A DNA stretch of 64,000 nt from NCBI GenBank assembly GCA_964567265.1, contig CAZMLK010000003.1, positions 7,800 through 71,799 of the forward strand. Reading direction: 5' to 3'. Origin of the DNA: an uncultured Candidatus Saccharibacteria bacterium. GTDB lineage: Bacteria; Patescibacteriota; Minisyncoccia; Phycocordibacterales; UBA12088. Position 1 is the first letter of the stretch. Each line of letters opens with the position of its first letter. The position numbers and the translations under genes are program-made. The notes beneath the pieces were generated by a model, which saw only the letters and a program-made list of their open reading frames with translations, did not search any database and was not told the origin of the DNA. This document shows positions 8,432-17,657 of the stretch, one piece after another.

Positions 8432-8650
8432 ATGCGTAAAGAAAACACCCTCATCATCCTTGGCGTCCTCATCCTCTTGGTGCCGTTCCTCGGCATTCCC
8501 GGCACCTGGAAGACGCCGCTCTTCATGGTCTTAGGTGCCATGGTTGCGATCTGCGGCCTCTTGGTCCGGAGCGACTTCAAGAGCCTTGCCGCCGCGAAGG
8601 GCAAGCAGACGAACGCATTTGTAGAAAACGGTACTGGCACGGCTGCATGA
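8432..8650 (+). CDS. Small membrane protein (2 TM, 72 aa)
   Basis: MRKENTLIILGVLILLVPFLGIPGTWKTPLFMVLGAMVAICGLLV. TATACT -10-like box upstream at 8390. Stop overlaps the next gene start (ATGA). Confidence 0.45.
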   Translation: MRKENTLIILGVLILLVPFLGIPGTWKTPLFMVLGAMVAICGLLVRSDFKSLAAAKGKQTNAFVENGTGTAA

Positions 8651-9987
8651 AGAAGACTGAGACCAAAGTTCCGGCCATACGCCGCCAGATATACCCGCTC
8701 ATCATAGGCGGGGCGCTTGTCTTCGCGTTTGTGCTCGCGTATGCAGCCCTGCCGCATTTCACCGCGATCTCGTATGACGCGCATCCGAAAAGCACAGCCT
8801 CGGCCGCGGATGCCGCTTCTTCGACAGCGGAAGGCGTCGCGTCAGCAGAAACACCTGCAGCTCCGGTCTCCTCTGCCGGCCACGTCGCGACGCCTGCGGC
8901 CGTGAAAGCGATCTACATGAGCCAGTGCGTCGTCGGCACCCCGAATTTCCGGAACGACCTCGTGAAGCTGGTGGATACCACCGAGCTCAATTCAATCATC
9001 ATCGACATCAAGGACTTCAGCGGCAAGATCTCATTCACCACTGACAATCCCGCGCTCAAGGGCAGCGTCTCCGAAGCCTGTGGTGCGACCGACATGCCCG
9101 CCTTCATCAAGACGCTCCATGAGAAGGGGATCTACGTCATCGGCCGCATCACTGTTTTCCAGGACCCGTACTACGCGAAGGAGCATCCGGATCTTGCCGT
9201 GCATCGCGTCAGCAACCACGACGCCGTATGGAAGGATCACAAGGGCCTCGCGTTCATCGACGTCTCCGCGAAGCCGTACTGGGATTTTGTCGTCGCGCTC
9301 TCGAAAGAATCCTACGCGATCGGATTCGACGAGCTCAACTACGACTACGTGCGCTTTCCTTCAGACGGCAACATGACGGACGCGTATTTTTCCTGGAGCC
9401 AGGGGATGACGAAGCCGGTCGCGCTCGAGCATTTCTTCGAGCACCTCCACAACGAAGTGAAGCCGACCGGCGTCGTCATGTCCGCAGACCTCTTCGGCAT
9501 GGTCACGACCAACACCGACGACCTCAATATCGGCCAGGTCCTCGAGCGCGCGCTCCCGTATTTCGATTACATCGACCCGATGGTGTATCCGTCGCACTAT
9601 CCGAAGTCATTCAACGGCTGGGCGAACCCGAACGGGCATCCGTATGACCTCATCAAGTTCGTGATGTCGAGCGCCGTCGAGCGGACCATCTCGACGACCA
9701 GCAAGGTGGAGACGCTCCACTCGGAGCCGATCTATGAGACCGTGACCGTCCCTGCGACCAAGAACTCGGCGACGACCACGAAGCAGGTCCTCAAGGGCTA
9801 CACCAAGGAAGCGTACCCCGCGACCAAGATGCGCCCGTGGCTCCAGGATTTCTCGCTTGGTACGCCTGCATACGGGGCTTCGGAGGTCCGTGACCAGATC
9901 AAGGCCACCTATGACGCCGGGCTTACTTCCTGGCTCCTCTGGAGCGCCTCCAACCGCTACACGGCGGGAGCTCTTGAGGCGGAGTAG
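8647..9987 (+). CDS. Putative glycoside hydrolase-like protein, DUF4015/GHL15 family, signal-anchored
   Basis: N-terminal TM; motifs IIIDIKDFSG, YVIGRITVFQD, NYDYVRFPSDGN characteristic of DUF4015/GHL15. 446 aa. The family is common in CPR genomes. Confidence 0.75.
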   Translation: MKKTETKVPAIRRQIYPLIIGGALVFAFVLAYAALPHFTAISYDAHPKSTASAADAASSTAEGVASAETPAAPVSSAGHVATPAAVKAIYMSQCVVGTPNFRNDLVKLVDTTELNSIIIDIKDFSGKISFTTDNPALKGSVSEACGATDMPAFIKTLHEKGIYVIGRITVFQDPYYAKEHPDLAVHRVSNHDAVWKDHKGLAFIDVSAKPYWDFVVALSKESYAIGFDELNYDYVRFPSDGNMTDAYFSWSQGMTKPVALEHFFEHLHNEVKPTGVVMSADLFGMVTTNTDDLNIGQVLERALPYFDYIDPMVYPSHYPKSFNGWANPNGHPYDLIKFVMSSAVERTISTTSKVETLHSEPIYETVTVPATKNSATTTKQVLKGYTKEAYPATKMRPWLQDFSLGTPAYGASEVRDQIKATYDAGLTSWLLWSASNRYTAGALEAE

Positions 9988-10038
9988 AAAGCGTGTCATA
10001 TTATTGAGAGTATTGGAATCTCACCGGAGTGCACATAC

Positions 10039-10329
10039 GTGCTCACGCGCCGCAAGAAAGGGCGTTACCTGTCTTCCACTCCAACCACGTGGCCGCCGCG
10101 TTACCACGGCGATCGCTGCTACCACCCCATCGAATGGGGCAAGGATGTTGAAAGAGCGCAAACGTTTCAGCTCGTGCTCTTTCTTATATTCTGCGCCCTC
10201 GGTGTCTGGTCATATTTCGAGCAGACACCCGCCGAGACCCTCCATGGCGACGAGATGCCACAGGTTGAGCAATCACCGGTGCAGTCTCCTGAACTATACC
10301 CTCCAACCTACAGCCACCCGCCTTCGTAA
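10039..10329 (+). CDS. Small membrane protein (GTG start, 96 aa, 1 TM, Pro-rich C-terminus)
   Basis: GGAG SD 9 nt before the GTG. TM LVLFLIFCALGVWSYF. The stop lies in the loop of a clean intrinsic terminator. No ATG is available in frame. Confidence 0.35.
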   Translation: MLTRRKKGRYLSSTPTTWPPRYHGDRCYHPIEWGKDVERAQTFQLVLFLIFCALGVWSYFEQTPAETLHGDEMPQVEQSPVQSPELYPPTYSHPPS

Positions 10330-10349
10330 GAAGGCGGGTTTGTATTTTC
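10317..10349 (+). terminator. Intrinsic terminator
   Basis: CCCGCCTTC-gtaa-GAAGGCGGG followed by TTTGTATTTTC. Confidence 0.6.
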
Positions 10350-10392
10350 ACTTTCATAATTTTTTGCACTATGTTTGCTATACTTCTCACAT

Positions 10393-12339
10393 ATGAATCC
10401 CGATGAGCGGGTAACCTACTTCGCGGAGACGGATGCGCGCGGCAAGCGCGTGCGTTTCGGCATCAAGTCCAAGGATCGTTCGCGCCACACCTACGTGATC
10501 GGGAAGACGGGCATGGGCAAATCGACCCTCCTCGAGAACATGGCGATCCAGGATATCCAGAATGGGGAAGGGCTCACCTTCATCGATCCGCACGGCTCAA
10601 CCGCAGAAAAGCTTCTCGATTATGTTCCCGAGGAGCGCATCAAGGACGTGCTCTACTTCGCGCCGTTCGATCTCGACTATCCGGTCTCATTCAACGTGCT
10701 CGAGCAGGTCGAGGCCGACAAGCGGCACCTCGTCGTCTCGGGCCTCATGGCGACTTTCGAGAAGATCTGGGTCGATGCATGGAGCGCCCGCATGGCGTAC
10801 ATCCTCCAGAACACTTTGCTCGCGCTCCTCCAGTATCCGGACGCGACACTGCTCGGCGTCAACCGCATGTACAGCGACAAGGACTACCGGAAGCGTGTCG
10901 TCGAGCATCTCACCGATCCGACTTCGCGCTCCTTCTGGGTAGATGAGTACGCGAAGTACACCGACAAGTATGCGGCTGAGGCGACGCCGGCGATCCAGAA
11001 CAAGATCGGCCAGTTCGCGTCGAATCCTTTGATCCGCAACATCATCGGCCAGCCACGCTCCTCCTTCAACATCCGCGACCTGATGGACAAGAAGAAGATC
11101 TTCATCGTGAACCTCTCGAAAGGCCGCGTCGGGGAGGGCAATGCGAACCTGCTCGGATCGATGCTGATCACCAAGATCTACCTTGCCGCCATGTCCCGCG
11201 CCGATTCGATGGGCGCGGTCCTCAAAGCGCTCCCGCATTCCTACCTTTATGTGGACGAGTTCCAGTCATTCGCGAACAAGTCGTTCGCTGACATCCTCTC
11301 CGAGGCCCGCAAGTACAAGCTCAATCTCACTATCGCGCACCAGTACATCGAGCAGATGGAGGAGGAAGTGCGCGCGGCCGTCTTCGGCAACGTCGGCACC
11401 ATGATCGCATTCCGCGTCGGCTCGTATGATGCCGAGACCTTGGAAAAGGAATTCGCGCCGATCTTCACCATGGAGGACATCGTCAACCTCGGATTCGCGC
11501 AGGTGTACATGAAGCTCATGATCGACGGCGTTTCCTCGCAGCCGTTTTCAGCAACCACGCTCGGGCCGATCCCGGAACCGTCGATCTCGAACCGTGACCG
11601 CATCATCGCCTCATCGCGGGCGCTCTATGCGGAACGGAGAGAGGACACCGAAGCAGCGATCACGAAGTGGCACGAGCCGATCATCACTATCGGCGCGGCA
11701 CCCGCGCGTCCCCCGGCTCGTGCTGATGAACCACGTCCGACTGAGCGTCCGCCGATGCGATCGGGAACCAGTACTGGAAGCAGCGCTGCGCCGCGTACTT
11801 CGACTTCGACCGCATACCCGCCGCGCGAGCAGGCACCTCGTGAAGCGGCTCCGCGAACGGAGGCCTCACCAGTCCGTCGTGAGAATCCGCCTGAACGCCG
11901 TGAGCCGCCCGCGGCTCCTTCGGCCGTTCACACGACGCAGTCCTTGCGGGACGTGCTCTCAAAGCTTTCCAATGCCGAAAAGGCGAAGCAGGCTCCGCCT
12001 GAAAAAAGCGCTGCGCCCGCTCCCAAGGAAGAGGTGAAGACCGAAGTGCGCGTCGAGCGGAAGACGGAAGTCACGACATCAATAAAGCGGGAGCATACGA
12101 CGACGAATCGGCCGGATCAGAAAAGCCCGACCTCGAGCGATCGCGATTCCCTGAAGGACGCGCTCCGCGCATTCACTGAAAAGAAACAAAACCCGATTGA
12201 AACACCGAAGATCGAACGAGAAGCAGTGAAGGAGCCTGAATCGCAGCGTCGCGAGCATCGAGAGACCGAAAAGGTGCCGCGTGAGATTCCGGAAGCAGAA
12301 CTCCGCGCGATGCTTGCGGTCGAAGAACCTCCGCGATAA
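10393..12339 (+). CDS. FtsK/HerA/VirD4(TraG)-superfamily P-loop ATPase (type IV coupling-protein-like / DUF87-like) with a ~210-aa Pro/Ala/Glu/Lys-rich disordered C-terminal tail
   Basis: Walker A YVIGKTGMGKSTLL, LTFIDPHGS (HerA/T4CP-like), Walker B LYVDEFQSF, RKYKLNLTIAHQY. The track start at 10375 is TTG; the first ATG is at 10393, preceded by an AT-rich region with TATACT 14 nt upstream (possible leaderless start). The tail is a low-complexity region of PARPPARADEPRPTERPP…KEEVKTEVRVERK type. Confidence 0.75.
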   Translation: MNPDERVTYFAETDARGKRVRFGIKSKDRSRHTYVIGKTGMGKSTLLENMAIQDIQNGEGLTFIDPHGSTAEKLLDYVPEERIKDVLYFAPFDLDYPVSFNVLEQVEADKRHLVVSGLMATFEKIWVDAWSARMAYILQNTLLALLQYPDATLLGVNRMYSDKDYRKRVVEHLTDPTSRSFWVDEYAKYTDKYAAEATPAIQNKIGQFASNPLIRNIIGQPRSSFNIRDLMDKKKIFIVNLSKGRVGEGNANLLGSMLITKIYLAAMSRADSMGAVLKALPHSYLYVDEFQSFANKSFADILSEARKYKLNLTIAHQYIEQMEEEVRAAVFGNVGTMIAFRVGSYDAETLEKEFAPIFTMEDIVNLGFAQVYMKLMIDGVSSQPFSATTLGPIPEPSISNRDRIIASSRALYAERREDTEAAITKWHEPIITIGAAPARPPARADEPRPTERPPMRSGTSTGSSAAPRTSTSTAYPPREQAPREAAPRTEASPVRRENPPERREPPAAPSAVHTTQSLRDVLSKLSNAEKAKQAPPEKSAAPAPKEEVKTEVRVERKTEVTTSIKREHTTTNRPDQKSPTSSDRDSLKDALRAFTEKKQNPIETPKIEREAVKEPESQRREHRETEKVPREIPEAELRAMLAVEEPPR

Positions 12340-12354
12340 TCATCATCCATCCGT

Positions 12355-13794
12355 ATGCCGATCGTGCTCGCAGCTGTGCTCCTTCTCCTCCTTCCAAACG
12401 CGCTCCATGCCGGAGCACTCGTGAATGAGGTTGCGTGGATGGGGACGGTGACCTCGGCGAATGACGAATGGATCGAGCTTCGCAATGCCGACGACGCGGC
12501 GGTCTCGCTCGAAGGCTGGTCGTTGGTGTCGAAAGATGGCTCGCTTTCAATTCCGCTTTCGGGTTCCATTCCCGCGGGCGGTTATTTCCTCTTGGAGCGA
12601 TCGGATGATTCGACAGTGCCGAGCGTAACTGCGGATCTGATCTATACCGGCTCGATCTCGAATAGCGGGGAAATATTGCTTTTGAAGAATTCCGGAGGCA
12701 CCACCGTCGATACCGTTGATGGCTCGGACAACTGGAAGATCGGCGGCAACAACGAGACCAAGGAAACGCTGCAGCGGAGCGGAAGCGGGTTCGTGACGGC
12801 AGCAGGGACCCCGCGCTCGCAGAATGCGAGCGCGGGAAGCCCGCCGCCGGTCGCTGAAACAAAAACGACGTCCTCAAAAAGCTCGTCGAGCTCCTCAAAT
12901 TCGGGAAGCACTGCGAGTGCGTCAAACGCGGCTCCGGCGGAAACAGGCCCGTCGATGACGGTGTCTGCGGGTGAGGACCGGAATGCCGTCGTCGGCGCGG
13001 ACACGCTCTTCGAAGCGGTCGCCTATGGAAAGGAGGGAAAGCCGATCCCGAGTGCGACCTACAGCTGGAGCTTCGGCGACGGCACGACCGGGGAGGGTGC
13101 GCGCATCTTCCATCGCTATCGCACTCCCGGCGATTTCGTCGTCATGGTGAGTGCTGGCAACATCGACGCGAAAGTCTCGGTGACCGACCGCATTGTCGCC
13201 CATGCACGGAAGGCAGAGGTCGCACTCTCGATCCTCCCGGACGCCATACTGCTTCTCCGGAACGAGGGCGACCAGGAACTCGACGTCTCCGGCTGGATCC
13301 TCACCGGAGCAGGCAAGCAATTCACGCTTCCGCAGAATACCCACATCCTTGCGGAAGGCGAGGTTCGGTTCGCCCCCGAAATACTCGGTTTCTCGGGGGC
13401 GGCGGACAGCGCGCTCTGGTACCCTTCGGGCGTTCTCGCCGTCCAGGCAGTATTGGAGACCGAAAGCACTCCACGTGACGTTCCGGTTGCGGCTCCGGTT
13501 ATCGAAAAGAGCACGGAGGAGCCAGCGGTGCCACTGGCTGAAACGGCACCAAAGAGCGCTGCCAAGAGGAAGGCGGTCCAGAAAGAGGTACCTCTGGGAG
13601 CGACCGCGCTTGCGGCGGAAGCCGCAAGCGCGGTCGCTCCGGACGCTCCTTCCGAATCCGGCTCGCTCCCCTGGTGGCTCCTTGGTCTTGCCGCCATTCT
13701 CGGCACTGGTGCCGCGGCCGTCCTCTTTGCCCGGCAGGCAGAGCGCGTCGTCGAGAAGGAGCTCCGCGCCGAAGATTTCACGATCGTCGAATAA
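12355..13794 (+). CDS. Secreted/anchored surface protein: signal peptide, lamin tail domain (LTD), Ser-rich linker, PKD domain, second LTD-like segment, C-terminal TM anchor
   Basis: Signal peptide MPIVLAAVLLLLLPNALHA. LTD signature LVNEVAWMG…EWIELRN…SLEGWSL…GGYFLL. PKD signature YSWSFGDGTTGEG…HRYRTPGDFVV. C-terminal WWLLGLAAILGTGAAAVLFA followed by a charged tail. Confidence 0.8.
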   Translation: MPIVLAAVLLLLLPNALHAGALVNEVAWMGTVTSANDEWIELRNADDAAVSLEGWSLVSKDGSLSIPLSGSIPAGGYFLLERSDDSTVPSVTADLIYTGSISNSGEILLLKNSGGTTVDTVDGSDNWKIGGNNETKETLQRSGSGFVTAAGTPRSQNASAGSPPPVAETKTTSSKSSSSSSNSGSTASASNAAPAETGPSMTVSAGEDRNAVVGADTLFEAVAYGKEGKPIPSATYSWSFGDGTTGEGARIFHRYRTPGDFVVMVSAGNIDAKVSVTDRIVAHARKAEVALSILPDAILLLRNEGDQELDVSGWILTGAGKQFTLPQNTHILAEGEVRFAPEILGFSGAADSALWYPSGVLAVQAVLETESTPRDVPVAAPVIEKSTEEPAVPLAETAPKSAAKRKAVQKEVPLGATALAAEAASAVAPDAPSESGSLPWWLLGLAAILGTGAAAVLFARQAERVVEKELRAEDFTIVE

Positions 13795-13858
13795 TCTATT
13801 CATTCAGCCTATGCCGTTTGACGGAACACGCTGAATGCGGTTCTGTAGTGCTATCCCT

Positions 13859-14722
13859 ATGCCAGAAAAGAAACTCATACTCGTAACCGGCGGCGCGGGC
13901 TTCATCGGCTCGCATCTTATCCGCACGCTTCTTCAGGATCCGAGCAGTCAGGTGATCTCTCTCGACAATTACTTCGCGGGCTCAAAGGAGAACCATGTCG
14001 AGGGAGCCGAATATCGGGAAGGGCACACGAAAGACATCTCGGCCCTGGTGCCGGAGACGCCGCATCTCGTCTATCATCTCGGCGAATATTCGAGAACGGA
14101 ACAGAGCGTGCTCGAGCCCACGGTCGTGTTCGATCTGAATGCTGTCGGCACATTCGCCGTCGCTGAATTCGCGCGCGCAAAAGGAGCAAAGCTGGTCTAT
14201 GCGGGCTCTTCGACGAAATTCGCTGACGGCGGCCTCGGCCGCGACCAGAGCCCGTACGCGTTCACGAAGGCTACGAACACGGAGCTCATCCGCAATTATG
14301 GGGATTGGTACGGGCTCAACTACGCCATCACCTATTTTTATAATGTCTTCGGTCCGGGAGAGCGCGCGGATGGCGCGTATTTCACGGTGATCGCGCGCTT
14401 CCTCGAACAGGCGAAAAAGGGCGGACCCCTTACCGTGACGTCTCCCGGCACCCAGGAGCGCATCTTCACGCACGTAGACGACATCGTTTCAGGGCTTCTC
14501 CTCATCGGAGAGAAAGGTCAGGGTGATGAATTCGGGCTTGGGGCGACGGAATCATATTCCATACTCGACATCGCGAATATGTTCGATCTCCCGATCGAGA
14601 TGCTCCCTGAGCGGAAGGGGAATCGCATGAGCGCATCGCTCGATGCCTCGAAGTCTCGACTTCTCGGCTGGGAGCCGAAAAAGAATATCGCGGGCTATAT
14701 CAGGGAGTCGCTTGGAAAATAG
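13859..14722 (+). CDS. NAD-dependent epimerase/dehydratase family protein (short, UDP-sugar epimerase/decarboxylase-like)
   Basis: LILVTGGAGFIGSHL Rossmann start and YAFTK (YxxxK catalytic motif). Track start 13835 is a possible 8-codon extension. Confidence 0.8.
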   Translation: MPEKKLILVTGGAGFIGSHLIRTLLQDPSSQVISLDNYFAGSKENHVEGAEYREGHTKDISALVPETPHLVYHLGEYSRTEQSVLEPTVVFDLNAVGTFAVAEFARAKGAKLVYAGSSTKFADGGLGRDQSPYAFTKATNTELIRNYGDWYGLNYAITYFYNVFGPGERADGAYFTVIARFLEQAKKGGPLTVTSPGTQERIFTHVDDIVSGLLLIGEKGQGDEFGLGATESYSILDIANMFDLPIEMLPERKGNRMSASLDASKSRLLGWEPKKNIAGYIRESLGK

Positions 14723-14726
14723 GAGT

Positions 14727-15941
14727 ATGCGAAAGCACATACTCATCCTTTCGCTCACGTATTACCCCAAATATGTCGGGGGCGCTGAGGTCGCAATCAA
14801 GGAGATCACCGATCGTATTTCTGATATCGAATTCCACATGGTGACACTCCGCATGGATTCGATGCTCCCTGCAATGGAACAAGTGGGGAACGTGTTCGTG
14901 CACCGGATAGGGTTCACCAAGCCGAATCCGGGCATGGCGGACTTGAAGAAGTTCCCGCTCCACCTCAATAAGTTCTTGTTCCAGTTCACCGCATTCCTGA
15001 AGGCCGCATCGCTCCATCGCAAATATAAATACGATGCGGTGTGGGGCATGATGGCGCACTCGACGGGTGTACCCGCTGGTCTCTTTAAGACATTCTTTCC
15101 GAGAGTGCCGTATATCCTTACGCTCCAAGAAGGGGATCCGATCCCGCATATCGAGAAGACCATGCGCCTGGTATGGCCACTTTTCGTTCGCGGATTTACG
15201 AAGGCGGATGTTATCCAGGTAATCTCTAACTTCCTCGGGTATTGGGCGAGGGACATGGGATATCAAGGTAAACCCAAGTTGATTCCCAACGCTGTCGATT
15301 TAAAAAAGTTTTCAAGACTCTGTTCCGACGAAGAGAGAGTGCGTGTCCGCGAAGCGCTCGGTAAAACTGATGACCGTAGAATTCTCATTACGAGCTCCCG
15401 AATGGTTACCAAGAATGCTGTTGATGTGGTAATCAGCGCGTTGCCGATGTTGGATTCAAATGTGCATTTCGCCATTTTAGGGATTGGGCCGGACGAGCCC
15501 GCACTCCGAATGCTTGCAGAAGAAAAAGGAGTCAGTGCTCGTGTGCATTTCGTCGGCTATGTCGATCACGATACCTTGCCCGTATTCCTGGCAGAGTCTG
15601 ATATCTTCATTCGGCCGAGCCGGTCGGAGGGGATGGGTAATTCATTTATCGAAGCGATGGCAGCCGGCATCCCAGTAATTGCGACGCAGGAGGGCGGCAT
15701 CGCTGATTTCCTTTTTGATGCAAAACGGAACCCCGAGAAGCCGGCCACTGGCTGGGCAGTCGATAAGGATTCACCGGATCAGGTTGCAGATGCAGTGAAG
15801 GACATTTTGGGACATCCAGAAGTGGTAGGACAGGTGACCGCCACTGCTAAAGCGATGGTATTCAAGGGTTATGAGTGGGATCAGATTGCACAAAGAATGC
15901 GAGAGGATGTATTCAACCCCGCGTTGACAGCAAAAGGCTAA
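14727..15941 (+). CDS. Glycosyltransferase, GT4 family (GT-B)
   Basis: MRKHILILSLTYYPKYVGGAEV N-terminus. C-terminal EGMGNSFIEAMAAGIPVIAT (E-x7-E region) typical of GT4. Track start 14643 overlaps the previous gene. Confidence 0.8.
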   Translation: MRKHILILSLTYYPKYVGGAEVAIKEITDRISDIEFHMVTLRMDSMLPAMEQVGNVFVHRIGFTKPNPGMADLKKFPLHLNKFLFQFTAFLKAASLHRKYKYDAVWGMMAHSTGVPAGLFKTFFPRVPYILTLQEGDPIPHIEKTMRLVWPLFVRGFTKADVIQVISNFLGYWARDMGYQGKPKLIPNAVDLKKFSRLCSDEERVRVREALGKTDDRRILITSSRMVTKNAVDVVISALPMLDSNVHFAILGIGPDEPALRMLAEEKGVSARVHFVGYVDHDTLPVFLAESDIFIRPSRSEGMGNSFIEAMAAGIPVIATQEGGIADFLFDAKRNPEKPATGWAVDKDSPDQVADAVKDILGHPEVVGQVTATAKAMVFKGYEWDQIAQRMREDVFNPALTAKG

Positions 15942-16011
15942 GGGCTATACTTGCTGTAGCTTGTCAAGTTCCCGGAATGTTTCCGGGGCTTTCAGTCCTG
16001 AGGAGCTTGTC

Positions 16012-16209
16012 ATGGGCAAGGTTATCCAGCTTTCTGAGGCTCGCGTAGACATGCAGCGCCGGGCAGCGAAGACCTCATACGTGCTGACGATGCCGGTCTT
16101 CAACCTCGACCCGTACGGTGTCGGCAATGCGGCACGTCAGGTTGCTCTGTTCTGGGGGAATTTCTTGGGCAGCTTTATGGGCCTTCGGGTGCTCCCTGTG
16201 GAGAAATAA
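16012..16209 (+). CDS. Small hypothetical protein (65 aa)
   Basis: Excellent SD GAGGAG 6 nt before ATG 16012. A tightly coupled second small ORF follows (16212..16439, with a predicted TM helix). Both are low confidence. Confidence 0.35.
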   Translation: MGKVIQLSEARVDMQRRAAKTSYVLTMPVFNLDPYGVGNAARQVALFWGNFLGSFMGLRVLPVEK

Positions 16210-16466
16210 ACATGTTCGTCGCTGAATATTTTTCAGGTGAGTCACATCGTCCGAATGGCCCGCTTTCTGTTCGAACGACTGCTGCGCTCGCAAAGCGGCG
16301 CACGCTCACCCCGGCCGATATGTTGATCGTCGGGCCGCTCGTACTCTGGGTGACATGGATGCAGATACTGTGCGCCCCCTTCCCGGCACGGACCATTGAC
16401 TGGACCGGGCAGAAAAAGCTGCCACCCAATCTTGACTGAGGACCGTATGCGTCCCGATATACCACC

Positions 16467-16510
16467 GGCCGGATTTGCGAGCACTCGCAAATCCGGCCTT
16501 CTGATTTCGC
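16467..16510 (+). terminator. Intrinsic terminator
   Basis: Perfect palindrome GGCCGGATTTGCGAG-cac-TCGCAAATCCGGCC followed by TTCTGATTTCG. Confidence 0.55.
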
Positions 16511-16513
16511 CCC

Positions 16514-16547
16514 TTGAAGCTTTCTTCGTATCCTGTGGTTATATACT
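16514..16547 (+). promoter_or_regulatory. Candidate sigma70-like promoter (TTGAAG … TATATACT) for the GT4 operon starting at 16554
   Basis: TTGAAG at 16514-16519 and TATATA/TATACT at 16540-16547 lie just upstream of ATG 16554. Spacing is slightly long (19-20 nt). Confidence 0.3.
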
Positions 16548-16553
16548 AGTGTT

Positions 16554-17657
16554 ATGAAAATCCTGCTCGCGACCCCGCTCTATCCGCCCGAAATCGGGGG
16601 GCCGGCGACCCATGCTGAGATCCTGGTCCGTGCATTCCCCAAAGAGGGGATTGAGGTCGTGCTCCTGCCGTTCTCGAGGGTGCGCTCGCTTCCGAAGATC
16701 GTCCGGCATGTTGCGTACCTCTTCCTCGCACTCAGGCATGCACGCGGAGTGGATGCCGTATATGCGCTCGACCCGGTCAGTGTCGGCGTGCCCGCCTTTC
16801 TGGCCGCGAAATTGCTCGGCAAGCGATTCATCCTCCGCGTTCCGGGCGATTATGCGTGGGAACAGGGACAGCAGCGCTTCGGCGTGACCAAGATGCTCGA
16901 TGCGTTCGTCCTCGCGCACGATCTTCCCTTGAAGGTACGCATTCTCCAGAAAATACAATCATATGTCGCGCGGAGCGCTGAGACGGTGATCGTGCCGAGC
17001 ACATATCTCGGTGGCATCGTGCGCGCGTGGGGCGTGCATGCCGAACACGTCGTGACGGTGTACAGCTCCGTTACCGTGCCCGGGCTTCCGCCGAAGGCGG
17101 AAGCCCGGGCACGCGTAGGCATACGCGCGCCCTATGTCCTCACGGCGGGCCGCCTCGTCCCCTGGAAAGGATTCGAAGCACTGATCCGGAGCGTCGAGAA
17201 CTCTTCAACGAAACCGCAGCTTGGCATCGCAGGCGATGGGCCCGATCATGCGAAGCTCGAAGGGCTCATTGCAGAGCGACACATGCAGAGCGAAGCGCGG
17301 CTTCTCGGCAGTCTCACTCATAAGGATCTGATGCTCCACATCGCGGCGGCGGACGTGTTCGTACTCAATACCGGCTACGAAGGCCTCTCGCATCAGCTGA
17401 TCGAGGTCATGCTTGCAGGCGTTCCCATCATCACGACGCCGGTCGGCGGGAATGCCGAGTTGATAACTGACCGGAAGAGCGGGCTCCTCGTGCCGTACAA
17501 TGATGAGGAGAAGATCGCCTCCGCGATCGACACGATCCTCGGGAATCCGGAAGGGGCAGCCGCGCTTGCCGCTGCCGCGAAGGAGCACGCAGCCGCATTC
17601 ACCGAAGAACGCATGATCGCAACACTCGTTCCCGTCTTCAAGACATCACATCCATGA
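16554..17657 (+). CDS. Glycosyltransferase, GT4 family
   Basis: MKILLATPLYPPEIGGPATHAEIL N-terminus; GLSHQLIEVMLAGVPIITTPVGG motif. 367 aa. Confidence 0.85.
   Translation: MKILLATPLYPPEIGGPATHAEILVRAFPKEGIEVVLLPFSRVRSLPKIVRHVAYLFLALRHARGVDAVYALDPVSVGVPAFLAAKLLGKRFILRVPGDYAWEQGQQRFGVTKMLDAFVLAHDLPLKVRILQKIQSYVARSAETVIVPSTYLGGIVRAWGVHAEHVVTVYSSVTVPGLPPKAEARARVGIRAPYVLTAGRLVPWKGFEALIRSVENSSTKPQLGIAGDGPDHAKLEGLIAERHMQSEARLLGSLTHKDLMLHIAAADVFVLNTGYEGLSHQLIEVMLAGVPIITTPVGGNAELITDRKSGLLVPYNDEEKIASAIDTILGNPEGAAALAAAAKEHAAAFTEERMIATLVPVFKTSHP

Noticed and set aside
12173-13803. Several 120-290-aa minus-strand ORFs
   Set aside because: Antisense to the ATPase tail and the LTD gene, whose motifs are unambiguous. 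Ser/Arg/Pro-rich low complexity.
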